Below the pieces are notes generated by a model, which was given only the letters and a program-made list of their open reading frames with translations, did no database searches and was not told the origin of the DNA. A DNA stretch of 64,000 nt from Auanema rhodensis (taxonomy: Eukaryota > Animalia > Nematoda). Shown here one piece after another: positions 38,473 to 53,600 of the stretch. Position 1 is the stretch's first letter; each line of letters begins with the position of its first letter. The stretch is from NCBI GenBank assembly GCA_964057225.1, contig OZ059900.1, positions 20,026,001 to 20,090,000 of the forward strand. Reading direction: 5' to 3'. The translations under genes and the position numbers were made by a program.

Positions 38473-41400
38473 TTTTGACTTACGATTTCATGTGTTCAAA
38501 CTCATGCAATGTCAATGAAACCTAGCTCAAAATTGTTCGTACAACGTCTAGTTCCACTTTCACGACAAAAAAACAGGGGTTAGAAAATTAAGGAAATTAG
38601 CATATTCTGAGGGCACGCCGTTTATGGCTAATATTGATTAAATCGATTTTTGTTCATATGAGTCGTCAAATGCAACGAATTTCAGCGTGTTACATACTAA
38701 AATGAAACATTTTACATGCTGAACACTAGAAAAATACAAAAACATAGTATTTCCCATGAGAAATATTTTATTATGCTGGAAAACCAGTTTTTGGAAATTT
38801 CGCTGTAAACAAGGTTTTGACTTACGATTTCATGTGTTCAAACTCATGCAATGTCAATGAAACCTAGCTCAAAATTGTTCGTACAACGTCTAGTTCCACT
38901 TTCACGACAAAAAAACAGGGGTTAGAAAATTAAGGAAATTAGCATATTCTGAGGGCACGCCGTTTATGGCTAATATTGATTAAATCGATTTTTGTTCATA
39001 TGAGTCGTCAAATGCAACGAATTTCAGCGTGTTACATACTAAAATGAAACATTTTACATGCTGAACACTAGAAAAATACAAAAACACAGTATTTCCCATG
39101 AGAAATATTTTATTATGCTGGAAAACCAGTTTTTGGAAATTTCGCTGTAAACAAGGTTTTGACTTACGATTTCATGTGTTCAAACTCATGCAATGTCAAT
39201 GAAACCTAGCTCAAAATTGTTCGTACAACGTCTAGTTCCACTTTCACGACAAAAAAACAGGAGGTAGAAAATTAGGGAAATTAGCATATTCTGAGGGCAC
39301 GCCCCTTATGGCTAATATTGATTAAATCGATTTTTGTTCATATGAGTCGGCAAATGCAACGAATTTCAGCGTGTTACATACTAAAATGAAGCATTTTACA
39401 TGCTGAACACTAGAAAAATACAAAAACACAGTATTTCCCATGAGAAATATTTTATTATGCTGGAAAACCAGTTTTTGGAAATTTCGCTGTAAACAAGGTT
39501 TTGACTTACGATTTCATGTGTTCAAACTCATGCAATGTCAATGAAACCTAGCTCAAAATTGTTCGTACAACGTCTAGTTCCACTTTCACGACAAAAAAAC
39601 AGGGGTTAGAAAATTAAGGAAATTAGCATATTCTGAGGGCACGCCGTTTATGGCTAATATTGATTAAATCGATTTTTGTTCATATGAGTCGTCAAATGCA
39701 ACGAATTTCAGCGTGTTACATACTAAAATGAAACATTTTACATGCTGAACACTAGAAAAATACAAAAACATAGTATTTCCCATGAGAAATATTTTATTAT
39801 GCTGGAAAACCAGTTTTTGGAAATTTCGCTGTAAACAAGGTTTTGACTTACGATTTCATGTGTTCAAACTCATGCAATGTCAATGAAACCTAGCTCAAAA
39901 TTGTTCGTACAACGTCTAGTTCCACTTTCACGACAGAAAAACAGGGGTTAGAAAATTAAGGAAATTAGCATATTCTGAGGGCACGTCCCTTATGGCTAAT
40001 ATTGATTAAACCGATTTTTGTTCATATGAGTCGTCAAATGCAACGAATTTCAGCGTGTTACATACTAAAATGAAGCATTTTACATGCTGAACACTAGAAA
40101 AATACAAAAACACAGTATTTCCCATGAGAAATATTTTATTATGCTGGAAAACCAGTTTTTGGAAATTTCGCTGTAAACAAGGTTTTGACTTACGATTTCA
40201 TGTGTTCAAACTCATGCAATGTCAATGAAACCTAGCTCAAAATTGTTCGTACAACGTCTAGTTCCACTTTCACGACAAAAAAACAGGGGGTAGAAAATTA
40301 GGGAAATTAGCATATTCTGAGGGCACGCCCCTTATGGCTAATATTGATTAAATCGATTTTTGTTCATATGAGTCGGCAAATGCAACGAATTTCAGCGTGT
40401 TACATACTAAAATGAAGCATTTTACATGCTGAACACTAGAAAAATACAAAAACACAGTATTTCCCATGAGAAATATTTTATTATGCTGGAAAACCAGTTT
40501 TTGGAAATTTCGCTGTAAACAAGGTTTTGACTTACGATTTCATGTGTTCAAACTCATGCAATGTCAATGAAACCTAGCTCAAAATTGTTCGTACAACGTC
40601 TAGTTCCACTTTCACGACAAAAAAACAGGAGGTAGAAAATTAGGGAAATTAGCATATTCTGAGGGCACGCCCCTTATGGCTAATATTGATTAAATCGATT
40701 TTTGTTCATATGAGTCGGCAAATGCAACGAATTTCAGCGTGTTACATACTAAAATGAAGCATTTTACATGCTGAACACTAGAAAAATACAAAAACACAGT
40801 ATTTCCCATGAGAAATATTTTATTATGCTGGAAAACCAGTTTTTGGAAATTTCGCTGTAAACAAGGTTTTGACTTACGATTTCATGTGTTCAAACTCATG
40901 CAATGTCAATGAAACCTAGCTCAAAATTGTTCGTACAACGTCTAGTTCCACTTTCACGACAAAAAAACAGGAGGTAGAAAATTAGGGAAATTAGCATATT
41001 CTGAGGGCACGCCCCTTATGGCTAATATTGATTAAATCGATTTTTGTTCATATGAGTCGGCAAATGCAACGAATTTCAGCGTGTTACATACTAAAATGAA
41101 GCATTTTACATGCTGAACACTAGAAAAATACAAAAACACAGTATTTCCCATGAGAAATATTTTATTATGCTGGAAAACCAGTTTTTGGAAATTTCGCTGT
41201 AAACAAGGTTTTGACTTACGATTTCATGTGTTCAAACTCATGCAATGTCAATGAAACCTAGCTCAAAATTGTTCGTACAACGTCTAGTTCCACTTTCACG
41301 ACAAAAAAACAGGGGGTAGAAAATTAGGGAAATTAGCATATTCTGAGGGCACGCCCCTTATGGCTAATATTGATTAAATCGATTTTTGTTCATATGAGTC

Positions 41401-41550
41401 GGCAAATGCAACGAATTTCAGCGTGTTACATACTAAAATGAAGCATTTTACATGCTGAACACTAGAAAAATACAAAAACACAGTATTTCCCATGAGAAAT
41501 ATTTTATTATGCTGGAAAACCAGTTTTTGGAAATTTCGCTGTAAACAAGG

Positions 41551-43602
41551 TTTTGACTTACGATTTCATGTGTTCAAACTCATGCAATGTCAATGAAACC
41601 TAGCTCAAAATTGTTCGTACAACGTCTAGTTCCACTTTCACGACAAAAAAACAGGGGTTAGAAAATTAAGGAAATTAGCATATTCTGAGGGCACGCCGTT
41701 TATGGCTAATATTGATTAAATCGATTTTTGTTCATATGAGTCGTCAAATGCAACGAATTTCAGCGTGTTACATACTAAAATGAAACATTTTACATGCTGA
41801 ACACTAGAAAAATACAAAAACACAGTATTTCCCATGAGAAATATTTTATTATGCTGGAAAACCAGTTTTTGGAAATTTCGCTGTAAACAAGGTTTTGACT
41901 TACGATTTCATGTGTTCAAACTCATGCAATGTCAATGAAACCTAGCTCAAAATTGTTCGTACAACGTCTAGTTCCACTTTCACGACAAAAAAACAGGAGG
42001 TAGAAAATTAGGGAAATTAGCATATTCTGAGGGCACGCCCCTTATGGCTAATATTGATTAAATCGATTTTTGTTCATATGAGTCGGCAAATGCAACGAAT
42101 TTCAGCGTGTTACATACTAAAATGAAGCATTTTACATGCTGAACACTAGAAAAATACAAAAACACAGTATTTCCCATGAGAAATATTTTATTATGCTGGA
42201 AAACCAGTTTTTGGAAATTTCGCTGTAAACAAGGTTTTGACTTACGATTTCATGTGTTCAAACTCATGCAATGTCAATGAAACCTAGCTCAAAATTGTTC
42301 GTACAACGTCTAGTTCCACTTTCACGACAAAAAAACAGGGGTTAGAAAATTAAGGAAATTAGCATATTCTGAGGGCACGCCGTTTATGGCTAATATTGAT
42401 TAAATCGATTTTTGTTCATATGAGTCGTCAAATGCAACGAATTTCAGCGTGTTACATACTAAAATGAAACATTTTACATGCTGAACACTAGAAAAATACA
42501 AAAACACAGTATTTCCCATGAGAAATATTTTATTATGCTGGAAAACCAGTTTTTGGAAATTTCGCTGTAAACAAGGTTTTGACTTACGATTTCATGTGTT
42601 CAAACTCATGCAATGTCAATGAAACCTAGCTCAAAATTGTTCGTACAACGTCTAGTTCCACTTTCACGACAAAAAAACAGGAGGTAGAAAATTAGGGAAA
42701 TTAGCATATTCTGAGGGCACGCCCCTTATGGCTAATATTGATTAAATCGATTTTTGTTCATATGAGTCGGCAAATGCAACGAATTTCAGCGTGTTACATA
42801 CTAAAATGAAGCATTTTACATGCTGAACACTAGAAAAATACAAAAACACAGTATTTCCCATGAGAAATATTTTATTATGCTGGAAAACCAGTTTTTGGAA
42901 ATTTCGCTGTAAACAAGGTTTTGACTTACGATTTCATGTGTTCAAACTCATGCAATGTCAATGAAACCTAGCTCAAAATTGTTCGTACAACGTCTAGTTC
43001 CACTTTCACGACAAAAAAACAGGGGTTAGAAAATTAAGGAAATTAGCATATTCTGAGGGCACGCCGTTTATGGCTAATATTGATTAAATCGATTTTTGTT
43101 CATATGAGTCGTCAAATGCAACGAATTTCAGCGTGTTACATACTAAAATGAAACATTTTACATGCTGAACACTAGAAAAATACAAAAACATAGTATTTCC
43201 CATGAGAAATATTTTATTATGCTGGAAAACCAGTTTTTGGAAATTTCGCTGTAAACAAGGTTTTGACTTACGATTTCATGTGTTCAAACTCATGCAATGT
43301 CAATGAAACCTAGCTCAAAATTGTTCGTACAACGTCTAGTTCCACTTTCACGACAAAAAAACAGGAGGTAGAAAATTAGGGAAATTAGCATATTCTGAGG
43401 GCACGCCCCTTATGGCTAATATTGATTAAATCGATTTTTGTTCATATGAGTCGGCAAATGCAACGAATTTCAGCGTGTTACATACTAAAATGAAGCATTT
43501 TACATGCTGAACACTAGAAAAATACAAAAACACAGTATTTCCCATGAGAAATATTTTATTATGCTGGAAAACCAGTTTTTGGAAATTTCGCTGTAAACAA
43601 GG
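41551..43602 (+). repeat. Alternating dimer run (3 x 684 bp) of CCGTTT-type and GGAGG-type monomers
   Basis: Monomers at 41551, 42235 and 42919 carry GCCGTTTATG+GAAACAT. Monomers at 41893, 42577 and 43261 carry CAGGAGGTAG+TCGGCAAA. Confidence 0.88.
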
Positions 43603-46600
43603 TTTTGACTTACAATTTCATGTGTTCAAACTCATGCAATGTCAATGAAACCTAGCTCAAAATTGTTCGTACAACGTCTAGTTCCACTTTCACGACAAAA
43701 AAACAGGGGGTAGAAAATTAGGGAAATTAGCATATTCTGAGGGCACGCCCCTTATGGCTAATATTGATTAAACCGATTTTTGTTCATATGAGTCGTCAAA
43801 TGCAACGAATTTCAGCGTGTTACATACTAAAATGAAGCATTTTACATGCTGAACACTAGAAAAATACAAAAACACAGTATTTCCCATGAGAAATATTTTA
43901 TTATGCTGGAAAACCAGTTTTTGGAAATTTCGCTGTAAACAAGGTTTTGACTTACGATTTCATGTGTTCAAACTCATGCAATGTCAATGAAACCTAGCTC
44001 AAAATTGTTCGTACAACGTCTAGTTCCACTTTCACGACAAAAAAACAGGGGTTAGAAAATTAAGGAAATTAGCATATTCTGAGGGCACGCCGTTTATGGC
44101 TAATATTGATTAAATCGATTTTTGTTCATATGAGTCGTCAAATGCAACGAATTTCAGCGTGTTACATACTAAAATGAAACATTTTACATGCTGAACACTA
44201 GAAAAATACAAAAACATAGTATTTCCCATGAGAAATATTTTATTATGCTGGAAAACCAGTTTTTGGAAATTTCGCTGTAAACAAGGTTTTGACTTACGAT
44301 TTCATGTGTTCAAACTCATGCAATGTCAATGAAACCTAGCTCAAAATTGTTCGTACAACGTCTAGTTCCACTTTCACGACAGAAAAACAGGGGTTAGAAA
44401 ATTAAGGAAATTAGCATATTCTGAGGGCACGCCCCTTATGGCTAATATTGATTAAATCGATTTTTGTTCATATGAGTCGGCAAATGCAACGAATTTCAGC
44501 GTGTTACATACTAAAATGAAGCATTTTACATGCTGAACACTAGAAAAATACAAAAACACAGTATTTCCCATGAGAAATATTTTATTATGCTGGAAAACCA
44601 GTTTTTGGAAATTTCGCTGTAAACAAGGTTTTGACTTACGATTTCATGTGTTCAAACTCATGCAATGTCAATGAAACCTAGCTCAAAATTGTTCGTACAA
44701 CGTCTAGTTCCACTTTCACGACAAAAAAACAGGGGTTAGAAAATTAAGGAAATTAGCATATTCTGAGGGCACGCCGTTTATGGCTAATATTGATTAAATC
44801 GATTTTTGTTCATATGAGTCGTCAAATGCAACGAATTTCAGCGTGTTACATACTAAAATGAAACATTTTACATGCTGAACACTAGAAAAATACAAAAACA
44901 TAGTATTTCCCATGAGAAATATTTTATTATGCTGGAAAACCAGTTTTTGGAAATTTCGCTGTAAACAAGGTTTTGACTTACGATTTCATGTGTTCAAACT
45001 CATGCAATGTCAATGAAACCTAGCTCAAAATTGTTCGTACAACGTCTAGTTCCACTTTCACGACAGAAAAACAGGGGTTAGAAAATTAAGGAAATTAGCA
45101 TATTCTGAGGGCACGCCCCTTATGGCTAATATTGATTAAATCGATTTTTGTTCATATGAGTCGGCAAATGCAACGAATTTCAGCGTGTTACATACTAAAA
45201 TGAAGCATTTTACATGCTGAACACTAGAAAAATACAAAAACACAGTATTTCCCATGAGAAATATTTTATTATGCTGGAAAACCAGTTTTTGGAAATTTCG
45301 CTGTAAACAAGGTTTTGACTTACGATTTCATGTGTTCAAACTCATGCAATGTCAATGAAACCTAGCTCAAAATTGTTCGTACAACGTCTAGTTCCACTTT
45401 CACGACAAAAAAACAGGAGGTAGAAAATTAGGGAAATTAGCATATTCTGAGGGCACGCCCCTTATGGCTAATATTGATTAAATCGATTTTTGTTCATATG
45501 AGTCGGCAAATGCAACGAATTTCAGCGTGTTACATACTAAAATGAAGCATTTTACATGCTGAACACTAGAAAAATACAAAAACACAGTATTTCCCATGAG
45601 AAATATTTTATTATGCTGGAAAACCAGTTTTTGGAAATTTCGCTGTAAACAAGGTTTTGACTTACGATTTCATGTGTTCAAACTCATGCAATGTCAATGA
45701 AACCTAGCTCAAAATTGTTCGTACAACGTCTAGTTCCACTTTCACGACAAAAAAACAGGAGGTAGAAAATTAGGGAAATTAGCATATTCTGAGGGCACGC
45801 CCCTTATGGCTAATATTGATTAAATCGATTTTTGTTCATATGAGTCGGCAAATGCAACGAATTTCAGCGTGTTACGTACTAAAATGAAGCATTTTACATG
45901 CTGAACACTAGAAAAATACAAAAACACAGTATTTCCCATGAGAAATATTTTATTATGCTGGAAAACCAGTTTTTGGAAATTTCGCTGTAAACAAGGTTTT
46001 GACTTACGATTTCATGTGTTCAAACTCATGCAATGTCAATGAAACCTAGCTCAAAATTGTTCGTACAACGTCTAGTTCCACTTTCACGACAAAAAAACAG
46101 GGGGTAGAAAATTAGGGAAATTAGCATATTCTGAGGGCACGCCCCTTATGGCTAATATTGATTAAATCGATTTTTGTTCATATGAGTCGGCAAATGCAAC
46201 GAATTTCAGCGTGTTACATACTAAAATGAAGCATTTTACATGCTGAACACTAGAAAAATACAAAAACACAGTATTTCCCATGAGAAATATTTTATTATGC
46301 TGGAAAACCAGTTTTTGGAAATTTCGCTGTAAACAAGGTTTTGACTTACGATTTCATGTGTTCAAACTCATGCAATGTCAATGAAACCTAGCTCAAAATT
46401 GTTCGTACAACGTCTAGTTCCACTTTCACGACAAAAAAACAGGAGGTAGAAAATTAGGGAAATTAGCATATTCTGAGGGCACGCCCCTTATGGCTAATAT
46501 TGATTAAATCGATTTTTGTTCATATGAGTCGGCAAATGCAACGAATTTCAGCGTGTTACATACTAAAATGAAGCATTTTACATGCTGAACACTAGAAAAA

Positions 46601-49600
46601 TACAAAAACACAGTATTTCCCATGAGAAATATTTTATTATGCTGGAAAACCAGTTTTTGGAAATTTCGCTGTAAACAAGGTTTTGACTTACGATTTCATG
46701 TGTTCAAACTCATGCAATGTCAATGAAACCTAGCTCAAAATTGTTCGTACAACGTCTAGTTCCACTTTCACGACAAAAAAACAGGAGGTAGAAAATTAGG
46801 GAAATTAACATATTCTGAGGGCACGCCCCTTATGGCTAATATTGATTAAATCGATTTTTGTTCATATGAGTCGGCAAATGCAACGAATTTTAGCGTGTTA
46901 CATACTAAAATGAAGCATTTTACATGCTGAACACTAGAAAAATACAAAAACACAGTATTTCCCATGAGAAATATTTTATTATGCTGGAAAACCAGTTTTT
47001 GGAAATTTCGCTGTAAACAAGGTTTTGACTTACGATTTCATGTGTTCAAACTCATGCAATGTCAATGAAACCTAGCTCAAAATTGTTCGTACAACGTCTA
47101 GTTCCACTTTCACGACAAAAAAACAGGGGTTAGAAAATTAAGGAAATTAGCATATTCTGAGGGCACGCCGTTTATGGCTAATATTGATTAAATCGATTTT
47201 TGTTCATATGAGTCGTCAAATGCAACGAATTTCAGCGTGTTACATACTAAAATGAAACATTTTACATGCTGAACACTAGAAAAATACAAAAACATAGTAT
47301 TTCCCATGAGAAATATTTTATTATGCTGGAAAACCAGTTTTTGGAAATTTCGCTGTAAACAAGGTTTTGACTTACGATTTCATGTGTTCAAACTCATGCA
47401 ATGTCAATGAAACCTAGCTCAAAATTGTTCGTACAACGTCTAGTTCCACTTTCACGACAAAAAAACAGGAGGTAGAAAATTAGGGAAATTAGCATATTCT
47501 GAGGGCACGCCCCTTATGGCTAATATTGATTAAATCGATTTTTGTTCATATGAGTCGGCAAATGCAACGAATTTCAGCGTGTTACATACTAAAATGAAGC
47601 ATTTTACATGCTGAACACTAGAAAAATACAAAAACACAGTATTTCCCATGAGAAATATTTTATTATGCTGGAAAACCAGTTTTTGGAAATTTCGCTGTAA
47701 ACAAGGTTTTGACTTACGATTTCATGTGTTCAAACTCATGCAATGTCAATGAAACCTAGCTCAAAATTGTTCGTACAACGTCTAGTTCCACTTTCACGAC
47801 AAAAAAACAGGGGGTAGAAAATTAGGGAAATTAGCATATTCTGAGGGCACGCCCCTTATGGCTAATATTGATTAAACCGATTTTTGTTCATATGAGTCGT
47901 CAAATGCAACGAATTTCAGCGTGTTACATACTAAAATGAAGCATTTCACATGCTGAACACTAGAAAAATACAAAAACACAGTATTTCCCATGAGAAATAT
48001 TTTATTATGCTGGAAAACCAGTTTTTGGAAATTTCGCTGTAAACAAGGTTTTGACTTACGATTTCATGTGTTCAAACTCATGCAATGTCAATGAAACCTA
48101 GCTCAAAATTGTTCGTACAACGTCTAGTTCCACTTTCACGACAAAAAAACAGGGGTTAGAAAATTAAGGAAATTAGCATATTCTGAGGGCACGCCGTTTA
48201 TGGCTAATATTGATTAAATCGATTTTTGTTCATATGAGTCGTCAAATGCAACGAATTTCAGCGTGTTACATACTAAAATGAAACATTTTACGTGCTGAAC
48301 ACTAGAAAAATACAAAAACATAGTATTTCCCATGAGAAATATTTTATTATGCTGGAAAACCAGTTTTTGGAAATTTCGCTGTAAACAAGGTTTTGACTTA
48401 CGATTTCATGTGTTCAAACTCATGCAATGTCAATGAAACCTAGCTCAAAATTGTTCGTACAACGTCTAGTTCCACTTTCACGACAGAAAAACAGGGGTTA
48501 GAAAATTAAGGAAATTAGCATATTCTGAGGGCACGCCCCTTATGGCTAATATTGATTAAACCGATTTTTGTTCATATGAGTCGTCAAATGCAACGAATTT
48601 CAGCGTGTTACATACTAAAATGAAGCATTTTACATGCTGAACACTAGAAAAATACAAAAACACAGTATTTCCCATGAGAAATATTTTATTATGCTGGAAA
48701 ACCAGTTTTTGGAAATTTCGCTGTAAACAAGGTTTTGACTTACGATTTCATGTGTTCAAACTCATGCAATGTCAATGAAACCTAGCTCAAAATTGTTCGT
48801 ACAACGTCTAGTTCCACTTTCACGACAAAAAAACAGGGGGTAGAAAATTAGGGAAATTAGCATATTCTGAGGGCACGCCCCTTATGGCTAATATTGATTA
48901 AATCGATTTTTGTTCATATGAGTCGTCAAATGCAACGAATTTCAGCGTGTTACATACTAAAATGAAGCATTTTACATGCTGAACACTAGAAAAATACAAA
49001 AACACAGTATTTCCCATGAGAAATATTTTATTATGCTGGAAAACCAGTTTTTGGAAATTTCGCTGTAAACAAGGTTTTGACTTACGATTTCATGTGTTCA
49101 AACTCATGCAATGTCAATGAAACCTAGCTCAAAATTGTTCGTACAACGTCTAGTTCCACTTTCACGACAAAAAAACAGGGGGTAGAAAATTAGGGAAATT
49201 AGCATATTCTGAGGGCACGCCCCTTATGGCTAATATTGATTAAATCGATTTTTGTTCATATGAGTCGTCAAATGCAACGAATTTCAGCGTGTTACATACT
49301 AAAATAAAGCATTTTACATGCTGAACACTAGAAAAATACAAAAACACAGTATTTCCCATGAGAAATATTTTATTATGCTGGAAAACCAGTTTTTGGAAAT
49401 TTCGCTGTAAACAAGGTTTTGACTTACGATTTCATGTGTTCAAACTCATGCAATGTCAATGAAACCTAGCTCAAAATTGTTCGTACAACGTCTAGTTCCA
49501 CTTTCACGACAAAAAAACAGGGGGTAGAAAATTAGGGAAATTAGCATATTCTGAGGGCACGCCCCTTATGGCTAATATTGATTAAATCGATTTTTGTTCA

Positions 49601-50442
49601 TATGAGTCGTCAAATGCAACGAATTTCAGCGTGTTACATACTAAAATGAAGCATTTTACATGCTGAACACTAGAAAAATACAAAAACACAGTATTTCCCA
49701 TGAGAAATATTTTATTATGCTGGAAAACCAGTTTTTGGAAATTTCGCTGTAAACAAGGTTTTGACTTACGATTTCATGTGTTCAAACTCATGCAATGTCA
49801 ATGAAACCTAGCTCAAAATTGTTCGTACAACGTCTAGTTCCACTTTCACGACAAAAAAACAGGGGTTAGAAAATTAAGGAAATTAGCATATTCTGAGGGC
49901 ACGCCCCTTATGGCTAATATTGATTAAACCGATTTTTGTTCATATGAGTCGTCAAATGCAACGAATTTCAGCGTGTTACATACTAAAATGAAGCATTTTA
50001 CATGCTGAACACTAGAAAAATACAAAAACACAGTATTTCCCATGAGAAATATTTTATTATGCTGGAAAACCAGTTTTTGGAAATTTCGCTGTAAACAAGG
50101 TTTTGACTTACGATTTCATGTGTTCAAACTCATGCAATGTCAATGAAACCTAGCTCAAAATTGTTCGTACAACGTCTAGTTCCACTTTCACGACAAAAAA
50201 ACAGGGGGTAGAAAATTAGGGAAATTAGCATATTCTGAGGGCACGCCCCTTATGGCTAATATTGATTAAATCGATTTTTGTTCATATGAGTCGTCAAATG
50301 CAACGAATTTCAGCGTGTTACATACTAAAATGAAGCATTTTACATGCTGAACACTAGAAAAATACAAAAACACAGTATTTCCCATGAGAAATATTTTATT
50401 ATGCTGGAAAACCAGTTTTTGGAAATTTCGCTGTAAACAAGG

Positions 50443-50652
50443 TTTTGACTTACGATTTCATGTGTTCAAACTCATGCAATGTCAATGAAACCTATATGAG
50501 TCGTCAAATGCAACGAATTTCAGCGTGTTACATACTAAAATGAAGCATTTTACATGCTGAACACTAGAAAAATACAAAAACACAGTATTTCCCATGAGAA
50601 ATATTTTATTATGCTGGAAAACCAGTTTTTGGAAATTTCGCTGTAAACAAGG
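50443..50652 (+). repeat. 210-bp truncated monomer (132-bp internal deletion, pos 53-184)
   Basis: GAAACCTA|TATGAGTCG junction at 50494/50495 with a 1-bp microhomology (A); next monomer starts at 50653. Confidence 0.96.
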
Positions 50653-53600
50653 TTTTGACTTACGATTTCATGTGTTCAAACTCATGCAATGTCAATGAAA
50701 CCTAGCTCAAAATTGTTCGTACAACGTCTAGTTCCACTTTCACGACAAAAAAACAGGGGTTAGAAAATTAAGGAAATTAGCATATTCTGAGGGCACGCCG
50801 TTTATGGCTAATATTGATTAAATCCATTTTTGTTCATATGAGTCGTCAAATGCAACGAATTTCAGCGTGTTACATACTAAAATGAAGCATTTTACATGCT
50901 GAACACTAGAAAAATACAAAAACACAGTATTTCCCATGAGAAATATTTTATTATGCTGGAAAACCAGTTTTTGGAAATTTCGCTGTAAACAAGGTTTTGA
51001 CTTACGATTTCATGTGTTCAAACTCATGCAATGTCAATGAAACCTAGCTCAAAATTGTTCGTACAACGTCTAGTTCCACTTTCACGACAAAAAAACAGGG
51101 GGTAGAAAATTAGGGAAATTAGCATATTCTGAGGGCACGCCCCTTATGGCTAATATTGATTAAATCGATTTTTGTTCATATGAGTCGTCAAATGCAACGA
51201 ATTTCAGCGTGTTACATACTAAAATGAAGCATTTTACATGCTGAACACTAGAAAAATACAAAAACACAGTATTTCCCATGAGAAATATTTTATTATGCTG
51301 GAAAACCAGTTTTTGGAAATTTCGCTGTAAACAAGGTTTTGACTTACGATTTCATGTGTTCAAACTCATGCAATGTCAATGAAACCTAGCTCAAAATTGT
51401 TCGTACAACGTCTAGTTCCACTTTCACGACAAAAAAACAGGGGTTAGAAAATTAGGGAAATTAGCATATTCTGAGGGCACGCCCCTTATGGCTAATATTG
51501 ATTAAATCGATTTTTGTTCATATGAGTCGTCAAATGCAACGAATTTCAGCGTGTTACATACTAAAATGAAGCATTTTACATGCTGAACACTAGAAAAATA
51601 CAAAAACACAGTATTTCCCATGAGAAATATTTTATTATGCTGGAAAACCAGTTTTTGGAAATTTCGCTGTAAACAAATTTTGACTTACGATTTCATGTGT
51701 TCAAACTCATGCAATGTCAATGAAACCTAGCTCAAAATTGTTCGTACAACGTCTAGTTCCACTTTCACGACAAAAAAACAGGGGTTAGAAAATTAAGGAA
51801 ATTAGCATATTCTGAGGGCACGCCCCTTATGGCTAATATTGATTAAATCGATTTTTGTTCATATGAGTCGTCAAATGCAACGAATTTCAGCGTGTTACAT
51901 ACTAAAATGAAGCATTTTACATGCTGAACACTAGAAAAATACAAAAACACAGTATTTCCCATGAGAAATATTTTATTATGCTGGAAAACCAGTTTTTGGA
52001 AATTTCGCTGTAAACAAGGTTTTGACTTACGATTTCATGTGTTCAAACTCATGCAATGTCAATGAAACCTAGCTCAAAATTATTCGTACAACGTCTAGTT
52101 CCACTTTCACGACAAAAAAACAGGGGTTAGAAAATTAAGGAAACTAGCATATTCTGAGGGCACGCCCCTTATGGCTAATATTGATTAAATCGATTTTTGT
52201 TCATATGAGTCGTCAAATGCAACGAATTTCAGCGTGTTACATACTAAAATGAAGCATTTTACATGCTGAACACTAGAAAAATACAAAAACACAGTATTTC
52301 CCATGAGAAATATTTTATTATGCTGGAAAACCAGTTTTTGGAAATTTCGCTGTAAACAAGGTTTTGACTTACGATTTCATGTGTTCAAACTCATGCAATG
52401 TCAATGAAACCTAGCTCAAAATTGTTCGTACAACGTCTAGTTCCACTTTCACGACAGAAAAACAAGGGTTAGAAAATTAGGGAAATTAGCATATTCTGAG
52501 GGCACGCCCCTTATGGCTAATATTGATTAAATCGATTTTTGTTCATATGAGTCGTCAAATGCAACGAATTTCAGCGTGTTACATACTAAAATGAAGCATT
52601 TTACATGCTGAACACTAGAAAAATACAAAAACACAGTATTTCCCATGAGAAATATTTTATTATGCTGGAAAACCAGTTTTTGGAAATTTCGCTGTAAACA
52701 AGGTTTTGACTTACGATTTCATGTGTTCAAACTCATGCAATGTCAATGAAACCTAGCTCAAAATTGTTCGTACAACGTCTAGTTCCACTTTCACGACAAA
52801 AAAACAGGGGTTAGAAAATTAAGGAAATTAGCATATTCTGAGGGCACGCCGTTTATGGCTAATATTGATTAAATCGATTTTTGTTCATATGAGTCGTCAA
52901 ATGCAACGAATTTCAGCGTGTTACATACTAAAATGAAGCATTTTACATGCTGAACACTAGAAAAATACAAAAACACAGTATTTCCCATGAGAAATATTTT
53001 ATTATGCTGGAAAACCAGTTTTTGGAAATTTCGCTGTAAACAAGGTTTTGACTTACGATTTCATGTGTTCAAACTCATGCAATGTCAATGAAACCTAGCT
53101 CAAAATTGTTCGTACAACGTCTAGTTCCACTTTCACGACAAAAAAACAGGGGGTAGAAAATTAGGGAAATTAGCATATTCTGAGGGCACGCCCCTTATGG
53201 CTAATATTGATTAAATCGATTTTTGTTCATATGAGTCGTCAAATGCAACGAATTTCAGCGTGTTACATACTAAAATGAAGCATTTTACATGCTGAACACT
53301 AGAAAAATACAAAAACACAGTATTTCCCATGAGAAATATTTTATTATGCTGGAAAACCAGTTTTTGGAAATTTCGCTGTAAACAAGGTTTTGACTTACGA
53401 TTTCATGTGTTCAAACTCATGCAATGTCAATGAAACCTAGCTCAAAATTGTTCGTACAACGTCTAGTTCCACTTTCACGACAAAAAAACAGGGGTTAGAA
53501 AATTAAGGAAATTAGCATATTCTGAGGGCACGCCGTTTATGGCTAATATTGATTAAATCGATTTTTGTTCATATGAGTCGTCAAATGCAACGAATTTCAG

